Source: Polyangiaceae bacterium (GTDB lineage Bacteria > Myxococcota_A > Polyangia > Polyangiales > Polyangiaceae). Taken from it: DNA of 60,381 nucleotides. Each line of letters opens with the position of its first letter. Position 1 is the first letter of the stretch. The DNA lies in assembly GCA_035063585.1 (NCBI GenBank), contig JAPSGB010000029.1, positions 1 to 60,381 of the forward strand, read 5' to 3'. A program made the translations under genes and the position numbers. The notes under the pieces were generated by a model that ran no database searches, had not been told where the DNA came from, and saw nothing but the letters and a program-made list of their open reading frames with translations. Below are positions 28,983 through 39,105 of this stretch, piece after piece.

Positions 28983-29741
28983 TCACGGGCGGAGCGCGAG
29001 CACGTTGCGCGGATCGGCGCGCACGCAGTCGGCGCTCCGGCCGAGCGCCGCGGGACCGAGGCTCCCCGGATCCACGCCGGGCTGCACGCGCCAGGTCTCG
29101 AGCCGGAGCGCCGGCGCCGCGCGCTCGCCGGCGGGCCCCACCGCCCCGAGCGTCGCGCCCTCGGCGAGCCGCGCGCCGGCCGCGACCCCTGCCGCCACGC
29201 GGCCGAGCCCGCCATAGACCACCAAGTAGTCGCGCCGCCGCCCGCCCTCGTCGGTCGTCTGGCGCGCGAGCACCGCCAGGCCCGGTCGCCCCGCGAGCGG
29301 ACCCGCGTAGCGCACCTCGGCGTCGCCGACCGGGCGCTCGAGCCGCGCGACGCGCACCTCGGCGCCGAGCTCGGCGGCGAGCTCCACGCCGTCGCCGCTC
29401 TCGGTGGCGGGCGCGCGCCCCGCCGTCGTGACCGGGAGCGCGTAGCGCCCGTAGTCCGCGGGACGCTCCGGCCGTCGCGGGAGCTGGTCGTAGACGCGCC
29501 AGCGCTCGGCGAGCGCCGGGGACCCGGCGTCGGCCGCGCCCCGCGCGGGCACCGGAATACACACCCCGTCGTCGGGCAAGGTGCCGGGGGGGCAGGGGCT
29601 CGCGCGGGCGCTCGGCGCGGCGGACGCGCGCGGGTCGGAGCCGCGTGACGCCGCGCGCGGCGGACCGGCGCGGAGCGCCGCGATCGCGCCGACCGCGGCG
29701 AGCGCCGCGGCGACCAGGGCGACCCGCGCGAGGACCTGCAC
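28983..29741 (-). CDS. Degenerate M23/LytM-like secreted protein
   Basis: M23-like spacing 'GVELAAELGAEV...VVYGGL...GATLGAVG...PALRLE' without the Zn ligands; TATAGT 7 nt before GTG. Confidence 0.6.
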   Translation of the reverse strand: MQVLARVALVAAALAAVGAIAALRAGPPRAASRGSDPRASAAPSARASPCPPGTLPDDGVCIPVPARGAADAGSPALAERWRVYDQLPRRPERPADYGRYALPVTTAGRAPATESGDGVELAAELGAEVRVARLERPVGDAEVRYAGPLAGRPGLAVLARQTTDEGGRRRDYLVVYGGLGRVAAGVAAGARLAEGATLGAVGPAGERAAPALRLETWRVQPGVDPGSLGPAALGRSADCVRADPRNVLALRP

Positions 29742-29841
29742 CCGGCCGACTATAGCGCCAGCGCCCGTCCGCTACCGCCTCTTCGCGCGAGCGGCGCGCT
29801 CCGAGATTGCTTCCCCCCGAGCGGGTTGATAGCGGTCGGGC

Positions 29842-30660
29842 GTGTTCCCTACCGGAAGGCTCGGGCCGGCGGACGCGGCCGTCATGGAGACGTTCGTCGT
29901 GCCGCGCTATCTCTCGCTGTTCGGCGAGCCGATGCTCGAGATGCTGCTCGCCGGCGACGCGGCGGCCATCGCGCACCTCGGCTGTCGCACCGGCTACCCG
30001 GACCGACTCCTGCTCGAGCGCGTGCCGGGCGCGCGCATCACGAGCGTCGACGTCTCGGCGCCGGCGCTCGAGCTCGCGCGCAACAAGGCGGCGCTCATGA
30101 ACGAGACGCGGCTCGAGTACCTGCTCGCCGACGGGCTGCCCACCGAGTTGCCGGACGAGTCGTACTCGCACGCCGTCTGTCTGCATCCCATCGCGACCGA
30201 CGCCGAGCGCGCGGCGCTCTTCGTCGAGCTCGCGCGCCTGCTCTATGCGGGCGGGCAGGCGCTGGTGGCGCTCCCGCTCCGCGGCTCGTTCCAGGAGGTC
30301 GGCGATCTCCTGCGCGAGTTCGCGCTGAAGTCCGACGACGGCGAGCTCGGCAAGGCGGTCGAGCACATGATGGCCACGCGCGCCACCATCGAGACGCTCT
30401 CCGAGGAGCTCGAGGTCGCCGGCCTCGACGACGTCGACGTGGAGCTGCGGTCCTCGAAGCTCACCTTCGACAGCGGGCGCGCCTTCCTCGAGGATCCGGT
30501 GACGCGGCTGCTCATCACGCCGACCCTGGTCGCCGCGCTCGCACCGCACGATCTCACCCGCCCGCTCGAGTACGTCCGCGAGGCGGTGGACAAGTACTGG
30601 TCGGAGGGGAAATTCGAGCTCTCCCTCAACATCGGCTGCGCGAGCGCTCGCCGCTCGTGA
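29842..30660 (+). CDS. Class I SAM-dependent methyltransferase-like protein
   Basis: Motif I variant 'HLGCRTG', 'SVDVS..ALELAR', 'LPDESY', 'RLLYAGG'. Confidence 0.8.
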   Translation: MFPTGRLGPADAAVMETFVVPRYLSLFGEPMLEMLLAGDAAAIAHLGCRTGYPDRLLLERVPGARITSVDVSAPALELARNKAALMNETRLEYLLADGLPTELPDESYSHAVCLHPIATDAERAALFVELARLLYAGGQALVALPLRGSFQEVGDLLREFALKSDDGELGKAVEHMMATRATIETLSEELEVAGLDDVDVELRSSKLTFDSGRAFLEDPVTRLLITPTLVAALAPHDLTRPLEYVREAVDKYWSEGKFELSLNIGCASARRS

Positions 30661-30720
30661 GCGCCGGCTCCCGGGGGTGAGGGCCGGTCCAGCGCGGCCG
30701 GCGGCGCGGCGCGCCGGCGC

Positions 30721-33700
30721 TCAGTATCGATAGCTCCAGAGCAGATCGAGCGCGGTGGTGGCCGTGCCGATCTCGGTGCGGAGCGACCAGTCCTTGTGGA
30801 ATCGCCAGTCGACCGCGGCGGAGAACGCCGGGGCTGCGCTGTTCGGATCCGATTTTTCCGCGGCGCCGGCCTGCTCGTAGGTCCCCTCGACCCAGACCTC
30901 GTCGCTCACCCGGACCGAGGCGGTGTAGGCGGTGTTCGACGCGCCGTACTGGTTCTCGCGCGAGCCCGCGGAGAACTGCACCGCGTTGAACGGCGTGTCG
31001 GAGAGCAGGTCGTTCAGGCCGAGCTGGCTCGCCGCGCCAGCGGCGAGCGCCTCGCCGCTCGGCGCCGCGCTGCCGATGCTCGGCGAGCCACCGAGCAGGA
31101 GCGCGACGATCTGCGGCTCGGGCATGGCGGGATCGCTCGTGAGCTTGATGGCGGCCTCCTTGAATCGCCCGCGGATGGTCGCATAGATGGTGGTGCCTTC
31201 CGGCGCGCGCCAGCTCGCGGTCACATCGACGCGCGGATTCGAGGCCTCGCCGGTGTCGAAATAGACGGCGCCGTTCTCGATGATGAAGACGTGTCCGAGC
31301 GCGGGCACCCGCCCACCCGGCTCGAGCGTGACGTAGCCGCCCATCGTGGCGGTCTTGTCGAGCACGAGCACCGGCCGGCCGCTCACCGGCACCTCGACGT
31401 CGCTGCGCGTGACCCGCACGTCGCCGAGCGAGAAGCTGAGCTTCCACGGGAGCGCGTCGTCGCTGCGCGGGGCGGTGCGCTCGGAGAGCGGCTGGATCAC
31501 GTGGATGTCCGGGTTGTCCGCCACCGAGACGACGTCGCGCGACTGCGATTTCGGCAGCCGCGCCCGGAGCCGCGGCACGCTCACCTCGACCTTCATGAGC
31601 GCGGGCTCTCGCTTCAGCGTGACCTCGACGAAGCGAGTCGCCGGGTCGTTGCCGGTGTCGATCGACGCCAGGGGGACGCCCTGCACCAGGAACGGCACCG
31701 GCGCGCGCGGGTCCGCCGCGAGCCGCGCGGTCCCGCTCGCGACGCGGAGACCGTCGAGGAAGAGCGTCGCGCTCCCCTCGAGGTTCTGCCGGTCGGCGCG
31801 CGCCGCGGCGCGCACGCCGTCGATCTGGATGCGGGTCTGCCCGCCGACTCGGCTCGCCGTGGCCCGGAGCTCGACGTTGGCGAGCTCGAGCCCGAGCGCG
31901 GAGAGCTGGACCACGCCGTCTACCAGCGCGCCGGTGCCCGTGATGTCCGCGTCCCACTCGGGTTCCCCGGACGCGCCCGCCGTGCCGTCCGCCTCGCGGC
32001 GCTGCAAGGTCACCGCGAGCTTGGCGCTGATCTCGCCGCCGAGCTCCGAGAGCACGTCGCGCAAGAGCGGCTGCAGCACCACGGCGTCGAAGCGCGTCGC
32101 GTCCACGCCGATGACGACCGGACGCCCCGGGGCGAGGCTGGGCACCAGGCCATCCCAGCCGAGCGCGGCTCGCACCTCCGCCGCCAGCTTGCTCGTCCCC
32201 TTCTCGAAGCTCACTCCGGCGCTCAGGCGCTCGCCGTCCGAGCTGACGAGCAGGTGTCCGGTCCCGACCGGGATGCCTCGCACGGTGGGCGCCCCGACCG
32301 CCAGGTTCGCGCTGATCTTCGGCAGGGCTCCGCGCCGATCGAGCGCGATGACGCCGCTCACCTCGCCGCGGATCTGCGCGTTGGCGAGCGGCCCGAAGAT
32401 CGCGAGCGGCATGCGCGTGATCGCGAGCGTCGACCGGCCCGTCCAGCGCGGGCGCTCGAGTGGGCGGTCGCCGGTGAGATCCTCCCACTTCGCCACCCCG
32501 TCGGCCGAGAGCTGCGCGACCCGGTAGCTTCCCACGCTGAGCTCCGCCATCCCGCCGAACTCACCGGTGCGTCGCACGTAGCGGCCGCTCGCGCGGACGT
32601 CGACCGGGGTCGTGAGCTGCGTGTCCCCGGAGAACAAGCGCTTCGCGTCCAGCGAGACCGTCACCTCGGGCTCGGCAGGTGTGCCGACGAAGCTCGCCTG
32701 CGCGGTGATGGTGCCCGCGAGTCCGGGAGGCCGTATGAGCTCGGGCAGCTCGCCGAAGTCTCGCTCGTCTACCGTGAGCACCGCCTTCATGGGCGTGTCC
32801 GCGAGCGTGGACGCGAGCCGCTCCGGGTGGGCGATGGCCTGGTCGAAGTCGATGGTGGTCGTGCCGGTGAGCGTCGCGAGCACGCTCTTGTCGTCGACGA
32901 GGCGCGCGGTGAGCGCGGTCTCGCCGCTCTCGCCGTTCAGGCTACCACCGGCCTTCAGCTCGAGCCCCGAGATGGTCTGGGCCGCGGCCGCGCCCGGGGC
33001 TCGGCGCGCGACGGTGAGCCCCTTGGTCTCCATCAGCGTGGTCACGACGGGTAGCGCGTCGGCGCGAGCGCGCTCGACATGGACCCAGCCGGAGGCCATG
33101 CCGGTGAGCTTCTCCACCTGGAGCGACGCGGGCAAGAGGTGCTCGAGACCGGCGAGGCTCACGCCGGTCATCTGCGCGCGCACCATGCCGGTGAGCCCGC
33201 GCCAAGACTCCGCCTGCTCGACCGCGCCGCCGAGGGTCGTCTCCCAGCTCGCGCCGAAGGCGCCGACCTCGCGCACCAGCACCTGAGCGCTCCCGTCGAA
33301 GCGCGCTCCTTCGAGGCTCGCGCGCCCATCGAGCGAGACGCCCTCGAGCCCGAGGAGCGTGCCGTTGCCGAGTCCGAAGCGCAGCTTGCCGCGCGAGAGC
33401 TCCTCGCTCGTGGTGAGGTCGGCGTCCACGCGGAACTTGCCGCCCATCGTCCCGCGCGGCAGGCCGAGCGCGCGCGAGATCTCGCCGAGGTCGAGGTCGC
33501 TGCCGGAGGCGGTCACGGCGATGAGCCCGGGGCGGACGTGGACCGAGCCGTCGAGCGTGCCGCCGCCGCCCTCGAAGTGCAGCGCGTCGACGTCCACGCG
33601 CCCCGCGGCGACGTCGAGGGTGGCGACCTGCCCGCGCACGGCGATGCCCTCGCGCTCGACCGCCAGCGTCAGGCCTTCCACGCGGGTCTTGCCGATGGTG

Positions 33701-35376
33701 GTCACGGTCCCGCTCGCGGACACCGACGGGCCGAAGCGGTTGTCGAGCCGCGTGGTCACCCGCGGGCGTCGCACCGGGCCCACCGCGCGCGCCTCCACGC
33801 GGGCGAAGCCGAACAGCCCGGCGCCGAGGTCGCTGCCGGTGAGCCTCGCATCCACCGCGAGCTCGCTCGGGCGCGCGAGCGGCCCGGTGGCGTGGCCCGA
33901 GAGGCGCCCTTGGGCGAGTCGCACCGGGCCGAGCGCGAGGTGCTCGAAGCTGCCCGAGACGTCGGCCTCGAGCTTTCCGTCCGCGATGCGCGCCTTCACG
34001 CGAACGTCTGCGACGCCGGTGGCCCGGGTATACCGGGCGACCCGCGGCGCGCCCTGGAGGCTGAAGGTTCGCGCGCGCGCGTCGACGTCGATGACGCCGT
34101 CGGGCGCCACCGCGACGCTCGCCTTGAGCGGCAGCCCGCGCTCGTGGAAGGTCGCAACCCCCTTGAACCCGGCGCGGTCGTAGGTGCCGATCACGTCGAC
34201 CGCGGGCACCTCCTCGGTGGCGATTCGGCCCGGCAAGGTGGTCAGGTTGACGTCCACCACCGGCGCGCCGTCGTCGCTCCAGATCTCGACGGCGCCGTCC
34301 GCCGAGAGCTCGCTTCTCGGGGCAGCCGCGAAGAGCTGCTCGAGATTGACGTGCCGCGCGGTGACCTCGAGCTTCGCGCCCACCGCGCCCGCCAGGGTGA
34401 GCGGCCCCTTGGCCTCGAAGCTCGCGCGGCCGAGCTCGATGCGCGCCTCGGCCGCGAGCGTCGGCAGCGTGCCGTTCGCCTCGAGGTGGAGGGTGGCGTC
34501 CTGCTCGAGCGGGTAGCTCGAGAAGAGCGCGCGCGCCGCGCTCGGGGCTGCGCGCGGCAGATCGACCCTGACGCTCAATCGCTCGCCGTCGATGCGGGTG
34601 AAGGCGCCGAGCTCGACGTCGCCGAAGTAGCCGTCGAAGGAGGTCCAGATCGCGCCGGGAGCGCGGATGTGAAGGGTGCCGGTGCCGCGCGCGTCGGCAC
34701 CCGCGAGCCCGCGCACGACGGTGCCGAACCGCGCGACGTCCACCGCGACGCCCTCCGGCCGGACCAGGATCGAGCCCTTCACGCTCGCGAGGCTGGCCTC
34801 CATGGTGGGGAGGCCGGCGACCGTGCCGCGCGCGAAGGCGCGGCCAATCTCGACGTCGGGGAGCCACACGCGCAGCCGCCGCGGCGGCTTGGCGGAGGGC
34901 GCCGACGGCTCGCTCTCGGGAGACGAGCGGACCTTGAACGCGGCGGCGATGGTCGGGATGCCCTCGGCGTCCGGGAGGATCTGACCCTCCGCGTACTCCG
35001 CGCGGACGTAGCGCACCACGACGTCGACGTCGTCTCGGAAGAGCAGATCGCGCGCGATGACGGGGAGGTCGGCGCGGGCGGTGAGCTCGGAGACGCTGAG
35101 GACCAGCTTGCCGTCGGGAGCGTGGACGACGACGTCGGTGGCGACCAGCGAGTAGAGATCGACGTGCTCCACCCTGCCGATCTCGACGGCGCCGTAGAAG
35201 AGCCTCGAGAGACCGAGCGACAACGCTCGCGCCACCAGCCGCCGCCCGGCGGGGATGTCGAGGTGCGCGAACGCGCCCACCGCGAGCGCGGCGACGAACA
35301 CCGCCGCCACGAGCGACGCCTCGAGCGTACGGATGACGGCCCAGGTCACCCGTCGCCGGCCGCGCCGCCCCGACAT
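30721..35376 (-). CDS. tamB: Translocation and assembly module TamB (DUF490)
   Basis: About 1550 aa, N-terminal TM, long beta-rich body, C-terminal 'NPRVDVTA...LTSDPAMPEPQIVALL...LDLLWSYRY'; TGATG-coupled to tamA. Confidence 0.85.
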   Translation of the reverse strand: MSGRRGRRRVTWAVIRTLEASLVAAVFVAALAVGAFAHLDIPAGRRLVARALSLGLSRLFYGAVEIGRVEHVDLYSLVATDVVVHAPDGKLVLSVSELTARADLPVIARDLLFRDDVDVVVRYVRAEYAEGQILPDAEGIPTIAAAFKVRSSPESEPSAPSAKPPRRLRVWLPDVEIGRAFARGTVAGLPTMEASLASVKGSILVRPEGVAVDVARFGTVVRGLAGADARGTGTLHIRAPGAIWTSFDGYFGDVELGAFTRIDGERLSVRVDLPRAAPSAARALFSSYPLEQDATLHLEANGTLPTLAAEARIELGRASFEAKGPLTLAGAVGAKLEVTARHVNLEQLFAAAPRSELSADGAVEIWSDDGAPVVDVNLTTLPGRIATEEVPAVDVIGTYDRAGFKGVATFHERGLPLKASVAVAPDGVIDVDARARTFSLQGAPRVARYTRATGVADVRVKARIADGKLEADVSGSFEHLALGPVRLAQGRLSGHATGPLARPSELAVDARLTGSDLGAGLFGFARVEARAVGPVRRPRVTTRLDNRFGPSVSASGTVTTIGKTRVEGLTLAVEREGIAVRGQVATLDVAAGRVDVDALHFEGGGGTLDGSVHVRPGLIAVTASGSDLDLGEISRALGLPRGTMGGKFRVDADLTTSEELSRGKLRFGLGNGTLLGLEGVSLDGRASLEGARFDGSAQVLVREVGAFGASWETTLGGAVEQAESWRGLTGMVRAQMTGVSLAGLEHLLPASLQVEKLTGMASGWVHVERARADALPVVTTLMETKGLTVARRAPGAAAAQTISGLELKAGGSLNGESGETALTARLVDDKSVLATLTGTTTIDFDQAIAHPERLASTLADTPMKAVLTVDERDFGELPELIRPPGLAGTITAQASFVGTPAEPEVTVSLDAKRLFSGDTQLTTPVDVRASGRYVRRTGEFGGMAELSVGSYRVAQLSADGVAKWEDLTGDRPLERPRWTGRSTLAITRMPLAIFGPLANAQIRGEVSGVIALDRRGALPKISANLAVGAPTVRGIPVGTGHLLVSSDGERLSAGVSFEKGTSKLAAEVRAALGWDGLVPSLAPGRPVVIGVDATRFDAVVLQPLLRDVLSELGGEISAKLAVTLQRREADGTAGASGEPEWDADITGTGALVDGVVQLSALGLELANVELRATASRVGGQTRIQIDGVRAAARADRQNLEGSATLFLDGLRVASGTARLAADPRAPVPFLVQGVPLASIDTGNDPATRFVEVTLKREPALMKVEVSVPRLRARLPKSQSRDVVSVADNPDIHVIQPLSERTAPRSDDALPWKLSFSLGDVRVTRSDVEVPVSGRPVLVLDKTATMGGYVTLEPGGRVPALGHVFIIENGAVYFDTGEASNPRVDVTASWRAPEGTTIYATIRGRFKEAAIKLTSDPAMPEPQIVALLLGGSPSIGSAAPSGEALAAGAASQLGLNDLLSDTPFNAVQFSAGSRENQYGASNTAYTASVRVSDEVWVEGTYEQAGAAEKSDPNSAAPAFSAAVDWRFHKDWSLRTEIGTATTALDLLWSYRY

Positions 35377-37463
35377 CAGAAGGCCTCGCCGAGCGCGATG
35401 TTGAGGTTGATGGGGACGCCGAGGAAGGTGCCGAGGCGATCCTCGCTGGGCCGCGAGGGATCCTCCTTGATGAAGGGCACCGCGCGATAGGCGAGGTCGG
35501 CGCGGATCGGCCCGACCGGCGTCGCGTACCTGACCCCGAGCCCGGGCGAGAGGTGCGGGTAATTGAAGTCGAACTCGGCGCGCCCGAGCGTCACGTCGCT
35601 CGCGTCGGCGAAGACCGCGCCCGACACCGGGCCCGAGACGAGGAAGCGCACCTCCATGGAAGCTTCCCACACTGTAAGGCCGCCGAGCGGTCGCTGGCAC
35701 TGCACGATGTCCTGGTTGGCCTGCGCCGCGCAGTTGACGCCGGTCGGGACCAAGAACCCGACCGCGCCGTGCGGGCCGACCTCGCGGTACGGATAGCCGC
35801 GGTTCGAGCTCGGGCCGCCCGAGTAGAAGGCGCGAAAGAGCAGCTTGTGCTGATCGCGGATCACGTCGGGGTCGAAGGTCTGCTGGCGGAGCGCGGGGTC
35901 GTCGAGCGTCCTGCCGTAGTCGAGTGGAAATAGCATCCCGACCGTGGCCCGCACCGCCAAGGTCACGTTCGCGCGGGTGACGTAGGCTCTGAGCTCGGGC
36001 CGGAGCCGCACGTCCTTCACGGTGCCGCCGTAGGGTAGGCCCGCGAGCTGCAGCGAGTTCGAGAGGAGCACGCCTCGCTTCGGGTCGACGCGGCTGTCGC
36101 GAAAATCGAGGTTGGTCGCGAGCTCGGGGTACGAGACGCGCACCGCGTCGAGCCCATCCGGCCGGTCCGACTGGTAGGTGAACGGGAAATCCGCCTGCCA
36201 GTGATAGGAGAGGTTCACGAGGAAGCGCATCCCGAAGAACGCGCGCTCGATGGCGGCCGATTCGCGGAGCTCCTGATAGCCGATGATGCGCTCGTCGGGC
36301 GCCATGTCGACGTAGAGGAGCGGGTAGATGTTGTACTCGCTCGCGAGGATGCCGGTCGTGCGGCCCTCGAGGAAGGACGGCTGCCGGAGCGAGGCGCGCG
36401 CGTAGTTCTCGAGCAGGAGCTTGGTCGGCTTCACCGGATCGTAGAGCGTCGCGGGGAAGTAGGTGACGCCCGGGCGCGCGTCGAGGCTCACGTGGGTCAT
36501 GCCCCAGATGAAGTTTCGGTCCTCCCAGCCGGCGAGCAGGTGAGTGGACATGCGGAGCGCGTCGGCGCGCACGCCGCCGCCGAGACGCACGGCGCGGAGC
36601 GTGCTCTCGTGCACCAGGACCGTGATCGGCACCACCCCGCTCTCGGGGTGCGACAAGTCCTGTCGCACGTCGACGCTGCCGAAGACGCCGAGGTTGATGA
36701 GCGCGTCTTGCGCCTCCCCGAGCTCAGCCAGCGAGTAGCTCGCGCCCTCGCGGAGCGCGAGGTTCGCGCGCACCGGTGCCTCGGGGATCTCCTCGAGCCC
36801 GACGATGCTCACCGGGCCGTACCTGGCGGGCGGTCCCGGGGTGACCTCATAGACGACGTCCGCCGTGTGCGCGGCGAGGTCGACGCGCGCGCTCGCCTTG
36901 ACCTTCGCGAAGGCGTAGCCGCGATCGGCCAGCGCCGAGACGAGCGCCCGCTTCGAGCGGTTGAAGTCCTCCTCGTCGAAGGGCCTGCCGACCCGCAGGG
37001 TGACCGCCTCCTTGGCGGCGAGCGCGACCTCGAAGGGGAGCGTCGCGAGCCCCGGCTCGGAAGCGCTCCGCAGCGTGACGGGCGCGCCTTGCACCACCTC
37101 GATGATGACCGTGACGCTGCGATCTCTCGGGATGACGCGCGCGGCCCGCACCTTGGCCTCGTAGTACCCGCGCGCGCGGAGGAAGCGCTCGATGCGCTCG
37201 AGATCCTTGCTGAGGAGGCTCTTGTCGTAGATCTCGTAGTCGTAGACGACGCCGGTGAAGAGCCCGAGGAAGCGTGGCGAGCGGGCGGTCGCCAGCCCGG
37301 CGAGGAGCGCGTCGCGATCGATGCTGCTGAGGTTCTCGACCTCCACCTCGTCGACCGAGTAACGACCGCGCGGGAGCTGCTTGGCGCAACCGACGGCGAA
37401 GAGCGCGGCCGCCACGACTGCCGCGAGCCACGCCCAGCCGCCGGATGCTCGTGACGTCTCCAC
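35376..37463 (-). CDS. tamA: TamA/Omp85 family outer-membrane protein (lipoprotein signal, POTRA domains, barrel)
   Basis: 'RARGYYEAKV', 'ADRGYAFAKV', 'FYSGG.SSNRGY', 'GLGVRYATPVGPIRAD', terminal 'LGEAF'. Confidence 0.9.
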   Translation of the reverse strand: METSRASGGWAWLAAVVAAALFAVGCAKQLPRGRYSVDEVEVENLSSIDRDALLAGLATARSPRFLGLFTGVVYDYEIYDKSLLSKDLERIERFLRARGYYEAKVRAARVIPRDRSVTVIIEVVQGAPVTLRSASEPGLATLPFEVALAAKEAVTLRVGRPFDEEDFNRSKRALVSALADRGYAFAKVKASARVDLAAHTADVVYEVTPGPPARYGPVSIVGLEEIPEAPVRANLALREGASYSLAELGEAQDALINLGVFGSVDVRQDLSHPESGVVPITVLVHESTLRAVRLGGGVRADALRMSTHLLAGWEDRNFIWGMTHVSLDARPGVTYFPATLYDPVKPTKLLLENYARASLRQPSFLEGRTTGILASEYNIYPLLYVDMAPDERIIGYQELRESAAIERAFFGMRFLVNLSYHWQADFPFTYQSDRPDGLDAVRVSYPELATNLDFRDSRVDPKRGVLLSNSLQLAGLPYGGTVKDVRLRPELRAYVTRANVTLAVRATVGMLFPLDYGRTLDDPALRQQTFDPDVIRDQHKLLFRAFYSGGPSSNRGYPYREVGPHGAVGFLVPTGVNCAAQANQDIVQCQRPLGGLTVWEASMEVRFLVSGPVSGAVFADASDVTLGRAEFDFNYPHLSPGLGVRYATPVGPIRADLAYRAVPFIKEDPSRPSEDRLGTFLGVPINLNIALGEAF

Positions 37464-37504
37464 TCGCGCTTACTCTAGCCCCCGCGCGGGGGCCGGCGAG
37501 CGGC

Positions 37505-38218
37505 TCAGTCCTTCATGCCGGGGAGCGTCGCCTTCTCGGTGGGCTTCTCGGCGTAGGTCAGCTTCTCGTAGGTCAGGATCCCCATGATGGGATCGGCGGC
37601 GGTGCTCGACGACGCCTTGGTGAAGGTCGTCGAATAACTGCCGGTGACGGTGACCTTCGCGCCCTTGACCGGGAGCGGGTAGGGTATCGGGATGGCCCAG
37701 AGCTCGTCCTGAACGGCCTCCGGCGCCTCGTCCTTCTTCGCCTTCTCGGCCTTGTCGTAGGTCTTGATGGCGTCGAAGATCTGAGCGAAGTTGGAGGCCC
37801 AGCCCATCACCTTGATCGCGTCCTTCTCGCTCGCGTCCGCGGTGTCGGCGATCCAGAACGCGGGCACCGGCGCGTTGCAGCCCTCCGGATCCGCCTTGCC
37901 CGTCTTGTGGACGGCGCAGGCCGGAGCCTCGGCGAGGTTCGTCTTGATGATGTAGCCGGTGATGCTGATGTTCTTGCCGGCCACGTCGCGACGATGCACG
38001 CGGCTGCGGAGCGAGTAGCTGGCGCCCCACACCGTGTAGGCGTCGCCCGACTTCAGCGGGCGCTGCGCGACGTTCGGAACCGGCGGAAGCGTGGCCTTCA
38101 CGCCGCTCGGCGCGGGCTTGGGCTTGTAGGGCACTTCCGTTTCGCCACACCCGCCAAGGGCGAGGCCGATGACGGTGACGACCGTCGACGCGCAGGCAAT
38201 GCGGACGCTGAACGACAT
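37505..38218 (-). CDS. Hypothetical lipoprotein
   Basis: GGAGG SD; lipobox LGGC; strong coding bias. Confidence 0.8.
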   Translation of the reverse strand: MSFSVRIACASTVVTVIGLALGGCGETEVPYKPKPAPSGVKATLPPVPNVAQRPLKSGDAYTVWGASYSLRSRVHRRDVAGKNISITGYIIKTNLAEAPACAVHKTGKADPEGCNAPVPAFWIADTADASEKDAIKVMGWASNFAQIFDAIKTYDKAEKAKKDEAPEAVQDELWAIPIPYPLPVKGAKVTVTGSYSTTFTKASSSTAADPIMGILTYEKLTYAEKPTEKATLPGMKD

Positions 38219-38349
38219 GCGAGGCCTCCCAGGAACTCCGGCTTACGGGACCCCGGAGCTAACACGCCGGCCGGCAAAATCGCAAGCGCTACCGAATGTT
38301 GAGAGGCGCGCTCGGGCAGCGACCGGAGATTTTTCGGCTCGCCCCGGAA

Positions 38350-38377
38350 TTGACATGGAGTTCTGAACGATTACGGT
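38350..38377 (+). promoter_or_regulatory. Sigma70-like promoter TTGACA-16-TACGGT, 6 nt before ATG
   Basis: Motif match; no SD. Confidence 0.65.
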
Positions 38378-38383
38378 CGCGTC

Positions 38384-39100
38384 ATGGGCCGGACGGTGAT
38401 CGTCGGCGACGTGCACGGATGCCGCGCCGAGCTCGAGGCGCTGCTCGACCGCGCGGCCTTCTCGAGCGCGGATCGGCTGGTGTCGGTCGGGGATCTGGTG
38501 GCGCGCGGCCCCGACACGCTGGGCGTGCTCGCCCTCCTCCGCCGCGTCGGGGGGCGCGCGGTGCTCGGCAACCACGAGGAGCGGCTGCTCGCGGCGCGCG
38601 CCGCCCGCCGGCGCGACCAGCCCGGCCCGCGCCTGTCGCCCTCCCACGCGCGGGTGCTCGCCGAGCTCGGCGACGACGACTGGTCCTTTCTGAGCGCGCT
38701 GCCGCTCGAGCTGGAGCTCCCGGAGCACGGGGTGCGCGTCGTGCACGCCGGGGTCGTGCCGGGGATCCCGTTCGCCGAGCAAGAGCCCTGGCTCATCACC
38801 CACATCCGCTCGCTCGACGGGCACGGCCGCCCCACCGAGCGCTGGGGCAAGGTGCCCTGGGGGGCGCGCTACGCGGGGCCGCCGCACGTCGTCTTCGGCC
38901 ACAACGCGCAGCGGGCGCCGCAGCTCCACGCGGACGCGACCGGGCTCGACACCGGCTGCGTCTACGGCAACCGCCTCACGGCGCTGGTCCTGCCGGAAGG
39001 TGCGCCGCCACCTCCGGTCGAGGAGCGCGCCGAGGCGCTCGTGAGCGTCCCGGCCGCGCGCGAGTACTTCGCGCTCGGCCAGAAGCTGCGAGCCGGGTGA
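38384..39100 (+). CDS. Metallophosphoesterase (ApaH/PrpA-like)
   Basis: 'GDVHG', 'GDLVARGPD', 'GNHE', 'VHAG', 'VFGH', 'LDTGCVYG'. Confidence 0.93.
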   Translation: MGRTVIVGDVHGCRAELEALLDRAAFSSADRLVSVGDLVARGPDTLGVLALLRRVGGRAVLGNHEERLLAARAARRRDQPGPRLSPSHARVLAELGDDDWSFLSALPLELELPEHGVRVVHAGVVPGIPFAEQEPWLITHIRSLDGHGRPTERWGKVPWGARYAGPPHVVFGHNAQRAPQLHADATGLDTGCVYGNRLTALVLPEGAPPPPVEERAEALVSVPAAREYFALGQKLRAG

Positions 39101-39105
39101 GGCGC

